From Octopus sinensis (taxonomy: Eukaryota), in the NCBI RefSeq assembly GCF_006345805.1, contig NC_043004.1:5580001-5644000 (forward strand): 64,000 bases of DNA, in the 5' to 3' direction. Shown here one piece after another: positions 24,428-36,514 of the stretch. Under the pieces are notes generated by a model. That model was not told where the DNA came from and made no database searches. It worked only from the letters and a program-made list of their open reading frames with translations. The translations under genes and the position numbers were made by a program. The stretch's first letter is position 1; every line of letters begins with the position of its first letter.

Positions 24428-25000
24428 GAGTGAGAGAACAGAGTATGAAATCAAAGTGACAATGGGGTAAAATATACGAAGCCCAGTATCCACATCATGA
24501 CTACTCATCTGATAACGGTACACTAGCCACATGCATCACAACCATATGTGTGCGACATAGTGATTTCACATAGAGATAAATAGTGCATGACCTTGCAGGT
24601 GGGGCCCCGTTAGGATTTTCTTCAGGTCGAGTAGCCCATCCTGCTCAAAAAGTCCCTGAATAAGGCTTGTTTAAGGATGTTGGATGAAACACCCATGTTT
24701 CCAGAGGTGAATTATTCAAACCCCAAAGAATTCCTCTCAACACATGGCTATGATGCTCCCCCACTACTTCTGCACATGATCAGAGATGCACATATCGTCA
24801 GCCACTAAGGGATATGCTCAACTGGTTAAGGTCAAACAACTGACAAGCAAATTGTGGTATTAAGCAGAATATTTGCTGCAGCCCATTCTTTATACCAAAA
24901 CAAAACAATATACATGATAATACTTCCAATTAGTTAAGACCAGAAGCCATGAGAGCCACTGCTTGGTACTGCATCAAGGCATTATACTGCATCAGGGCAT
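24427..25000 (-). mobile_element. Non-coding ~575-bp retroposon-like element embedded in (TAA)n
   Basis: Flanked by (ATT)n on both sides. A partial second copy at 22642-22756 has the same (ATT)n junction. Confidence 0.6.
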
Positions 25001-28000
25001 TATTATTATTACTATTATTAAAGTGGCAAGCTGGCAGAATTGATAGCATGCTGGGCAAAATGCTTAGTGGTATTTCACCTGTCACTAAGTTCTGAGTTCA
25101 AATTCTGCTGTGGTCAACTTTATCTTTCATCCTTTCAGGGTCAGTAAATTAAGTACCAGTTGATTACTGGAGTTGATGTAATCGACTATCGCCCTCCCCC
25201 AAATTTCAGGCCATTTTGCCTATAACAGAAAGGATTATTGGATTATTATAGTGCATGACCTATTATTATTATTATTATTTATTGTCTTTGCACAGCTTCT
25301 AATGCTGGAGACAGTACCACCACACACATGCATGCACATACACATGCATGTACACACACACACAGGCACGTACGCACACACACACACACACACATACACA
25401 CACACACAAATAAATACACTTGCGATTTGGTTCATTCTGTTTTCTCACCAAATCCACTCACAAAGCTCTGATCGGCCTGTGGCTATAGTAGAAGAGACTT
25501 GCCTAAGGTGCTATGCAGTGGGACTGAACCTGAAGCCATGCATGTGGTTTGGAAGCAAACTCATTACTACACAACCATGCTTGAAGATATCATCATCATC
25601 ATCATCATCATCATTATTTAATGTCTGTTGTCCATGCTGGCATGGGTTGGACTATTTGACTGGGCTGGCACGCTGGAGGCTGCACCAGACTCCAGTCTGA
25701 TTTGGCATGGTTTTCTACAGCTGGACACCCTTCCTAACGCCAACCACTCTGAGAGTGTAATGGGTGCTTTTACGTGCCATTTACATGACACTGGTGTGCA
25801 TTTATGTGCCACCAGCACAGGTGCCATTTGTGTGACACCAGTATCTATCACAACTGTGATTTTGCTCAGCTTGATGAGACTTCTTCTCAACCATGACATA
25901 ATGCCAAAGGTCTCAGTCATTGCCTCTGTGAGGCCCAACACTCAAAAGGAACTCAGCCACCTTGCTTCTGTGAGGCCTGAGTTTACAGGAATATATTATT
26001 CTGGTGGTTACCATGTTTCCTCTTATATAAGCATATATACACCCACATATATAAGCATGTATGAAAACTTCAAAATTGATTAATTAAAAGTATTTAAGAT
26101 GAGAGTATGTATAATAGAGTGGAGAGTCAGTGTGATTTGGCTGAAATAGAGACAACTTTAGACATGTTCAGCCTTATTAGATTTCCTCAGCAAAGCAAAG
26201 TCATTAACTTTACTGCGAGACAAATATGCCTTGAGAGAAATATGTTTCATAGATAAGCCTTGGTAGTATAGTGGTAAGTATCCCCACCAGACTGGGGTTC
26301 AATTCCTTGTGCTGGTGCCACATAAAAGGCACCCATGCTGGTACCACATAAAAAGTACCCAATATATGCTGTAAAGTGGTTGGCATTAAGAAGGGCATCC
26401 AACCACAGAAACCATGCTGAAACAGACAATTAGAGCCTGGTGGAGCTCTCTGGCTTGCCAGCTCCTGTCAAACCCTCCAACCCATGCCAGTGTGGAAAAC
26501 GAACATTAAAGGAGGAGGAGTATGATGATGATGATGACGATGACGACGACGGCGATCAAGATGGTGGTGGTGGTGGCGGTGGTCGTGGGGACTTATTTTT
26601 TTTTAATGATGGTGCCCCAGCATGGCCATAACCTTTGGGCTGGAACACATAAAAAAAAATAAACATTGATAGCTGGATAACTTTTAAAAAAATGGCAATG
26701 GAAAGTGCACACATTATATTTTTAATTTATTTTAATTAATTAAAAAGATAGGGCTGTCTTCTCTGCCTTTCTAGATTAGAATTGATCATTAAGATAATGA
26801 ACATTTCACCGCACCTCACTACAAGAGTAATATGAATTAATTAAAAATTCTTGATTCGTTATGTTAAGTATATTAGCTGTGATCTTATTTGTTTTTCATG
26901 TAGTTTGTGTCCCTGGGAAGAATGAGACAACTGGGTGTAGCTGTTTGGGCAGTGATGAATTGGCATGGCTGAGTGAACACTCATGTTATTTTAGTGACAG
27001 TACTTTTTGGGCCTGGATACACATGCATGTGAACACACACACACACACATGTGTCTGTGTGTGCATGTGCAGAAATATACACATACACACACACCTGTGT
27101 GTGTGTGTGTGTGGTGTGTGTGTCTGTCTGTGTGTGCATGTGCAGAAATATACACATGCAGATAGAGAGAGTAAGAGAGAAACAAAGAGAGAGGGACATT
27201 ACATATACATAAAAATATTACTAGATGCTCACACACACATACACAGACAGAGAGGGGGAGAGAGAAAGAGAAAGAGATATTTTGACAGGCCTCAGTCAAA
27301 CTGTCCAACCCATGCCAACATAGAAAATGGATGTTAAACAATGATGATGATCATCATCACACACACACACACACAAGCCACTATGTTTATGATTTTAACA
27401 ATAAATACACTGTACATAGTATTCATGCATGTCTCAAGACGTAACCGAAAAGTTTGACTTTCAAGTGTGTATCTAGCCATAAAATGATTATGCAAAGTCC
27501 TGCCCTTCCCCTCAACTAATGTCAGCTTAGAAAGGTAGATGCAAAAATGATGATGAACGATAAAAAAAATGAGTTTAGGATTTTTCTCCCTTTCCTTTCT
27601 TTACCAGAATTAATCATTAAGCTAATGAATTTTTTTCCCTTCTATAATCAATCTAAAGTGTACTTTTAATTAATTCCTATTTCTTCACTCTCTAGATTAA
27701 GTATGTGAGCACCTAGTTTACCAAAGAATTAAGTGACTTTAACACATGCACACATGCGCACGCACGCACACACACACACACACACACACCACACACACAC
27801 ACACACGCCCACCACACACACACACACAACACTTCACAGGGCCAGTGATAGAATACAAACGAAACCAACAACAAGCCTTCAGCTAAATGCTGACACTTAA
27901 TTCATTCTGTCAGTTACAACTCCTCTGTTTGACATGAGCTTATTTGCATAAATTTTGTATAGATTTACTTTACAATTATATTATGTTTTTATCGTTAGAC

Positions 28001-28487
28001 AAAATGGAATTGAATATGAAAGTGCCGACAAGAGAAAATAATATTTTCATTGGTAGAAATAACTTGCTAAAGCAAGTGATTAATGCCTGTTCCTTAAATT
28101 ACTTTAAAATTAGGTTGGGCCAGTAATGGGAAAGTTATTTCAAATGGATTCTGTTTCCAACATGATGCTACTGTAATCAACATCAATAAGTTGCACCAAT
28201 GTAATGGCAAGGCTAGTGTTTGTTGTTGTTTAACCTTGGGTCAGCTCAGATTAAACAAACCAATGTTCAAAAGTGTTCCAGCTAGGAACATACTGTCTTT
28301 TAAGAATATGTTATCCATATTTAAGAATTCATTATTTAATGTATTCTTCTCTTTTACAATCTTAATCTAATTCTAATGGTGGTTTGGCTACTGTTTCTAG
28401 TAGATCTAGAAACTACATAAAGTTCTGCTTCCCAGGTCAGTTATTGTTGTATGATGGTGGTGTAATTTCTCAGCATAAAGGAAGAAA

Positions 28488-28918
28488 GGATCTTTTCGGT
28501 TTGAACGGCAGTTTTTAAAAATAATTTCCATGTAACTAAACACTTACTGGTAGAATGTGCTTATAAAACATCTTTTTCTCTTGGCTTTATTGAGAAAATT
28601 CTATAGTTTGTAAGATATTTGTTGTTTTTTTTCTTCAATTTCTGCAATTTCAACCAATCAATGACGCCTATTGAGGTGAAAACATTCTGTGCTGTATGAA
28701 AATGTCCCTCGTTTAAGAAACAGATTGGGTTTATTTACATTTCTGAAGAAAAAAAGATATCCTTCCCCTAACCCTAACCCCAACCCTAACTAACCCTAAC
28801 TCTAACCCTAACCCTAAAATAGATTGAAATGTAATAGATCGATACTAGGGTCATAATTATGGGTGACAATTTCATATGACACCACTAGAAAAAACTGCCG
28901 TTCAAACTGAAAAGATCC
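28488..28918. mobile_element. Foldback/MITE with internal (CCCTAA)n, short variant
   Basis: TIRs ggatcttttcggtttgaacggcagttttt / aaaaactgccgttcaaactgaaaagatcc; telomere-like run at 28766-28817. Confidence 0.8.
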
Positions 28919-29235
28919 TGGAGAAAGAAGACATAATTAAAATAACTGGGCATACAGCTGTATAGTTAAGCAGCTTGCTTTGCATTCACATAGTGCAACA
29001 AACCTGTATTCTTTTATTCTTTTATTTGTTTCAGTCATTTGGTTGAGGTCATGCTGGAGCACTGCCTTTCGTCGAACAAATTGATCCCCAGGACTTATTC
29101 TTTGTAAGCCTAGTACTTATTTTATTGGCCTCTTTTGCCGAACCAAGTTATGTGGACATAAGCACTTGAACATTGGTTGTCAAGTGAACGTGGGAGGGGG
29201 TGGACAAACATATACATATACATATATATATTATA

Positions 29236-29259
29236 TAAAATATTATTAGAGACAACCAT

Positions 29260-29323
<64 letters not shown>

Positions 29324-30559
29324 CATATATACATATATACATATATAATTACATATATATACATATATATATATATTATATATATATATATATATATTAT
29401 TGTTATTGTTATTGTTATTATTATTATTATTATTATTACTATTATTATTATTACTATTTATTATTATTCTGATCCCTAGTCGTCACTCTGTTTACTATTT
29501 CAGCCTCGCCTCGTTTTGCATATTCTGTATAATTCATTAGTTATCGTTATAGATATTTAAGATCTCCCTTACAGGGTTGATCGAAATGGCTGCCGATTCT
29601 TCGCGGGGTGGCCACTTTCTCTCTTTCCTTCTCTCCCCCTCTTTCACATTGTTTGGACTCCTCTTCCTACTCCTCTCCATGGCTATGCATTCTTAAGCTA
29701 GTAACCTGCCTCATTCTTGATTTCGAATTCCTTTTGCCGAGTCTGTCCGTAAACGAAGTGATCCCAAGATAAGAAATCTTTGAACTTTAATTCATCCCGT
29801 ATCTCTACCAGTACAATTTTCATGCAAAATTGTCTGACCTCTAGTTGTTAATTGGTTTATTACTCATTATTATGAGCCGATAATTTCTCTATTTCTCCAC
29901 CGTCCACCCTAAATATCCCTTTATTATTATGTGCTGCGATAATTTTGCCCGTCGAAGTCTTCGCTCTCTCCTCTATCAACCTTCACGTATTCGCGGCGCG
30001 CCCCCCCGCCCTACCCACCCCCACCACCAATACCGGATATCTCTATATTTTTGCTCCATCTATACCGGATGTCGTTTCTCCCACCACCATTATAGGTGTC
30101 TACTCTTCGAACCCCACTCTTCAATACGCTATTTCACCATACATTACCCCTCTCGTGATATCCTATGTTCTACTTGTCTAGAACCTGTCATCGTTTCTCC
30201 GAGCACCCCCCCCACTGGTGCTCCCCTATATTCCTGCACCCCCCCCACATAAAAAAGCACCATCCAAACGTGGCCGATGCCAGCACCGCCCCGACTGGCT
30301 TCTGTGCAGGTGGCACATAAAAAGCACCAACCGACCCTGGCCGATGCCAGACCCCTCTGGAACCTGTGCAGATGGCACGTAAAAAGCACCCACTACACTC
30401 GCGGAGTGGTTGGCGTTAGGAAGGGCATCCAGCTGTAGAAACACTGCCAGACCAGACTGGAGCCTGGGGCAGCCCCTGGCTCCCCAGACCCCGGTCGAAT
30501 CCGTCCAACCCGTGCTAGCGCAGAAAACGGACGTTAAACGATGATGATGATGATGATGA

Positions 30560-30604
<45 letters not shown>

Positions 30605-30646
30605 TATTAGAGACAACCATATATATATATATAATTATATATATAT

Positions 30647-30677
<31 letters not shown>

Positions 30678-30709
30678 TCATATATACATATATATACATA
30701 TATAATTAC

Positions 30710-30760
<51 letters not shown>

Positions 30761-31914
30761 ATTGTTATTGTTATTATTATTATATTATTATTACTATTAT
30801 TATTATTACTATTTATTATTATTCTGATCCCTAGTCGTCACTCTGTTTACTATTTCAGCCTCGCCTCGTTTTGCATATTCTGTATAATTCATTAGTTATC
30901 GTTATAGATATTTAAGATCTCCCTTACAGGGTTGATCGAAATGGCTGCCGATTCTTCGCGGGGTGGCCACTTTCTCTCTTTCCTTCTCTCCCCCTCTTTC
31001 ACATTGTTTGGACTCCTCTTCCTACTCCTCTCCATGGCTATGCATTCTTAAGCTAGTAACCTGCCTCATTCTTGATTTCGAATTCCTTTTGCCGAGTCTG
31101 TCCGTAAACGAAGTGATCCCAAGATAAGAAATCTTTGAACTTTAATTCATCCCGTATCTCTACCAGTACAATTTTCATGCAAAATTGTCTGACCTCTAGT
31201 TGTTAATTGGTTTATTACTCATTATTATGAGCCGATAATTTCTCTATTTCTCCACCGTCCACCCTAAATATCCCTTTATTATTATGTGCTGCGATAATTT
31301 TGCCCGTCGAAGTCTTCGCTCTCTCCTCTATCAACCTTCACGTATTCGCGGCGCACCCGCCCTACCCACCCCCACCACCAATACCGGATATCTCTATATT
31401 TTTGCTCCATCTATACCGGATGTCGTTTCTCCCACCACCATTATAGGTGTCTACTCTTCGAACCCCACTCTTCAATACGCTATTTCACCATACATTACCC
31501 CTCTCGTGATATCCTATGTTCTACTTGTCTAGAACCTGTCATCGTTTCTCCGAGCACCCCCCCCCCACTGGTGCTCCCCTATATTCCTGCACCCCCCCCA
31601 CATAAAAAAGCACCATCCAAACGTGGCCAATGCCAGCACCGCCCCGACTGGCTTCTGTGCAGGTGGCACATAAAAAGCACCAACCGACCCTGGCCGATGC
31701 CAGACCCCTCTGGAACCTGTGCAGATGGCACGTAAAAAGCACCCACTACACTCGCGGAGTGGTTGGCGTTAGGAAGGGCATCCAGCTGTAGAAACACTGC
31801 CAGACCAGACTGGAGCCTGGGGCAGCCCCTGGCTCCCCAGACCCCGGTCGAATCCGTCCAACCCGTGCTAGCGCAGAAAACGGACGTTAAACGATGATGA
31901 TGATGATGATGATG

Positions 31915-31940
<26 letters not shown>
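29236..31940. repeat. Near-identical tandem duplication, unit ~1361 bp
   Basis: 29236-30596 is repeated at 30597-~31940. Each unit is TA/ATT microsatellite, ~750 bp of unclassified sequence and an RTE 3' UTR. Confidence 0.9.
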
Positions 31941-31947
<7 letters not shown>

Positions 31948-32145
31948 CATACATATACGATGGGCTTCTTTCAGTTTTCATCTGCCAAATCCAGTTACAA
32001 GGCTTTGGTTGACCTGAGGCTATAGTAGAAGACACTTGTCCAAGGTGCCACACAGCAGGACTGAATCCGGAACCATGTGGTTGGTAAGCAAGCTACTTAC
32101 CACACAGCTACTCTGCCTGTATTATATATGTATGTGTGTGTGTGT

Positions 32146-32747
32146 GGTTGGTCGTTCGTCGAGAAGCGGTGCCTACCACACGTTGATAATAGGCAATACA
32201 CTTTGAAACCTAGGTCCGTGTGTGGTATCCGCTTCTTGGGGAATGATCTCCCTTTGCAAGATAGAGGACGCCGTGATGGCGTCGGCCTATCTGGTGACGT
32301 TGATGTTCGCCTGGGGCTAAATGCAACAGTGACACCCCCACCACCCTGCCCTGTCCCTAGCCATATTCAGTTGGCTAATATCCCTTATATTATGGAGCAG
32401 TCACTGTCTATATCTCATTTAGAGAATTATTATTGCTGTCGAACAGATTTTTGAAATCAGTAAATGTATTTACTTGAAAATCTTTATATATATCTTGCAC
32501 GGTTGGTCGTTCGTCGAGAAGCGGTGCCTACCACACGTTGATAATAGGCAATACACCTTGAAACCTAGGTCCGTGAGTGGTATCCGCTTCTTGGGGAATG
32601 ATCTCCCTTTGCAAGATAGAGGACGCCGTGATGGCGTTGGCCTATCTGGTGACGTTGATGTTCGCCTGGGGCTAAATGCAACAGTGACACCCCCACCACC
32701 CTGCCCTGTCCCTAGCCATATTCAGTTGGCTAATATCCCTTATATTA
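32146..32747. repeat. Two copies of a 247-bp GC-rich structured element
   Basis: 32146-32392 and 32501-32747 differ at three positions. Confidence 0.9.
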
Positions 32748-32798
32748 TTTATATATATATATATATATGTATATAAATTTTACAAATATTTTAATAAT

Positions 32799-34080
32799 TA
32801 TCAGGTCATCCCATAAGCTCTGTTTGAATTTTGAATAAAAAAAACAAGTGATCAAATGTTATATTTAATTGAAATTTAATCATCAATGTACTTTCCCTGA
32901 TTGTCTATGATTTCCTTCTGTCTATTTACAAGCTTTTTAATCCCATGAATGTAAAACACTTTTGATTTCAAAGTGAAGAACTCTGAAACGTCAGTTTCGA
33001 CCTCCTCCTGGCTTGCGAAAATTATGTCCCCCAAATGATTCTGTAAACTACAAAACAAATGGTAGTCTCAAGGAGCAAGGTCGGGAGAATAAGGTGGATG
33101 AGGAATTTTTTCCCAACCAAGCTCTTTGATCTTCTGTGATGTGATCTTTGCAGTGTGGGGTTGCGCATTGTCCTGATGAAACATCACTCCTTTTTCATTC
33201 ACTAAAGCGGGTCTTTTTTTCTTCAAAGCTTGGTTCAAACGCTCTAATTGCTAACAGTAGACTTGAGCATTGATTGTTGCATTAGGTGGTAACAATTCAA
33301 AGTGAATTACTCCATTGCAATCCCACCAGATAGAGAGAAGAACCTTTTTCCCATGATTTTCCCTACTCTGTTATGGTTGAGCTTTTTTCCCTTTTACCAA
33401 GCCACTGTTGACGACGTTTAGCATTTCAATAAAAGATCCATTTTTCATCACTAGTTACAAGTCTATCCAAAAAGGGTTAAACGAGTTTACAAGAATGGAG
33501 AGAAGAGCAGATGTCAACTCAGGATTTGCGGTTGCTTTCAGACAATTCATAAGGCACCCATTTTCCAAGTTTAGAAACCTTTGCAAGTTGTTGAAAATGA
33601 TGATGAATAGTTGTATGGTTTGATCTAAGCTTTATTGCCGATTCTTCAACTGATAATGCAGGATTTTCTTCAAGTAATGCCTCAAGGAGCTTATCATCAA
33701 ACTCAACTGGACATCCTGTTCGATCTTCATCTTCAAGGCTGAAATCTCCACTTCTGAATTTTGAAAACCATCTTCTGCAAGTTCTTTCAGTCAAGCATTC
33801 TTTCCCATAAACTGAGTGTATGTTTCAAGTTGCTTTGGCTGCAGAGTTTCCTTTTTTGTACTTATAAAGCATTATGTGCCTCAAATGCTCTTTGGATACT
33901 TCCATGTTAGAAAGGGTTTTAATCAAATAAATTTTAATTCTATTATTCTGTAAAATAATATTTAATTAATTTAAATGTACACAAATGCATAAAAATAATT
34001 TTTAATTCCATTAGACATTCTAAAATGCTATTAAATTTCATTCAATTTAAAAAGGGTAAAATTGGACAGAACCTGATATA
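32799..34080 (-). mobile_element. Decayed mariner (DD34D-type) transposon
   Basis: Reads ERTCRRWFSKFRSGDFSLEDEDRTGCP...KLGKWVPYELSE, with C-terminus FYIHGIKKLVNRQKEIIDNQGKYIDD. TIRs tatcaggtc...tctgtttgaattt / aaattggacagaacctgata. Confidence 0.9.
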
Positions 34081-34642
34081 TACATAATAAGTTTGAGAAA
34101 CACCAGAGTTGATAATAAAGAGTTGTGGGTCAGACAGAGCTCTGTCAGCACTTTGTATAGCAGTGTGAGCCGTTTAGAAGTTTCTAGTCCAAGAGATGAG
34201 AGATGGCTGGAGCCAATAGGTAGGACATTTTGTCCAAGTTTATTGAGGGTGGGAGTTGAGTCAGGGTTATTTAGCTTAGCATAGGAGAAAAGATCTCCAG
34301 TAGATCTGGTTCTATATGAAATTTATATTAGTAGTCATTAAAGGAGAGAGAGGAAAGAAAGAGAAAAAGGAAGGCAGAGAAAGAGAAGGAAGAGAGATAG
34401 AGAAAGGAAGAGTGAGTGAGAGAGTGAAGATGATGGAGATGGTTGTTATTACCATCTTTATTACCTTTGAGATGTTGGAAGTGAATGCAATAGGACCCCA
34501 ATTGGCGCAATCAGAAGGAGTTTACTTTTTCGGAGTTGGACATAATACTCACACACACACACACATGCATACATGCACACATGCATGTACACACACACAC
34601 TGAGGTGTATTTCCAAAGATGAAGATATATTGAGAGAAAGGA

Positions 34643-35374
34643 GGATCTTTTCGGTTTGGACGGCAGTTTTTAAAAATAATTTCTATGTAACTAAAAAATT
34701 TTAAACTTCGTATACTGGTAGAAAGTGTTTATAAAACATCTTTTTCTCTTGTTTTTCTTGAGAAAATTCTATAGTTTGTAAGATATTTGATCTTTAATTT
34801 CTTGCATTTCGGCAATTTCAACCAATCAATGATGTCTATTGAGGTGAAAACGATTTCTGCCGTAACATTTTATGAGAAAAAAGATACCCTGTGGCCATAA
34901 ACTGAGGGGTCACTTGTAAACAGAGCTGGATAACAAAACCATTCCCTCTTTAGTGTCCACCCATAATTATGACCTTAGTATCGATCTATTGCATTTCAAT
35001 CTGTTTTAGGGTTAGGGTTAGGGGTTGGGTTAGGGTTAAGGTTAGGGTTAGGGTTTAGGTTAGGGTTAGGGGGGGATGGTATCTTTTTTTCTTCAGAAAT
35101 GTAAATAAACCCAATCTGTTTCTTAAACAAGGGACATTTTCATATATCACCGCCAGAAAATTTTACAGCAGGTAATGTTTTCACCTCAATAGACGTCATT
35201 GATTGGTTGAAATTGCCAAAATTGAAGAAAATATCTTACAAACTACAGAATTTTCTCAAGAAAGCCAAGAGAAAAATATGTTTTATAAACACATTCTACA
35301 AGTATACGAAGTTTAGAAGTGTTTAGTTACATAGAAAATATTTTAAAAAACTGCCATTCAAACCGAAAAGTTCC
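34643..35374. mobile_element. Foldback element with ~220-bp inverted arms and internal (TTAGGG)n
   Basis: Arms at about 34643-34855 and 35170-35374; telomere-like run at 35006-35072; candidate 8-bp TSD agaaagga / agaaaggg. Confidence 0.8.
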
Positions 35375-35522
35375 AGAAAGGGAGAGGTAGAGAAAGAGGA
35401 GTAAGAAGGAAGAGAAGTAGGAAGAGAAAGAAGATATAGAGAGAGGGAGGGTAGAGAAAGGAGCAGGAAGGTGTGCGGGGGGAGAGAGAAGGAGGTGGAA
35501 GGTAGAAAAAAAGGAGAGAGAG

Positions 35523-35775
35523 GGGGAAAGAAAAGAGAGCGAGGTGGCGAGCTGGCAGAAATGTTAGCACGCCAGGCGAAATGCTTAGCAGTATTTCGTC
35601 TGCCGTTACGTTCTGAGTTCAAATTCCCCCGAGGTCGACTTTGCTTTCATCCTTTCGGGGTTGATAAATTAAGTACCAGTTATGCACTGGGGTCGATGTA
35701 ATCGACTTAATCCCCTTGTCTGTCCTTCTTTGTCCCCTTTATGTTTAGCCCCTTGTGGCAATAAAAAAATAAGAA
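35523..35775 (+). mobile_element. tRNA-derived SINE (second family), intact
   Basis: ggcgagctggcagaa...gagttcaaattcc head, conserved central block and tail tagccccttgtggcaataaaaaaataag. Confidence 0.85.
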
Positions 35776-36514
35776 AAGCAAGGGAGGAGGGAGGATGAGA
35801 ATGGGAAGGAGGAGAGAGGAGAAAGAGAGAGAGAGAGAGAAAGAGAGAAAGAGAGAGAGATGGGATATATATCATCATCATTTAACATCCATTGTCTATG
35901 CTGGCATGGGTTGGATGGTTTGACCAGGGCCGGTAAACTGAGGGGGCTGCTCCAGATTCTAGTTTGATTTGACATGGTTTTCTGCAGCTGGATACCCTTC
36001 CTAATGCCAACCACTCCAAGAGTGTAATGGGTGCTTTTACGTGCCGTGGGCATGAGTACCAGTCGTGTGACACCAGTATCTGTCACAACTATGATTTCAT
36101 TCAACTTGATGGATCCTACTTCTCAAGCACACCATATTGCCAAAGGTCTTGGTAATTTGTCATTACCTCTGTGAGGCCCAATGCTCAAAAGGTGCTTTTA
36201 TACATGCCAGCAACACAGGTGCCTATTACATGACACTGAGAACAACCTCAATTATGATTTCACTTGGCTTGACGGGTCTTCGAAAACATGGCATATTGCC
36301 AAATGTTTCGGTTGCTAGTCATTACCTTATATATATATATAAGATAAGGAATAGGTGTGGCTGTGTGGTAAGAAGCTTGCTTCCCAACCACTTGGTTCTG
36401 GGTTCAGTCCCATTGCATGGTACCTTGGGCAAGTATCTTCTACTATAGCCACAGGCTGACCAAAGCCTTGTGAGAAGATGGAAACAGAAAGAAGCCTGTC
36501 ATATATATATATAT

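Noticed and set aside
23564-24532. Poly-L/V/Y/I/N ORFs
   Set aside because: Translations of trinucleotide microsatellites.
29480-30240. Coding potential of the unclassified ~750 bp inside the tandem duplication
   Set aside because: No frame gave a recognisable RT, GIY-YIG or host-protein motif.
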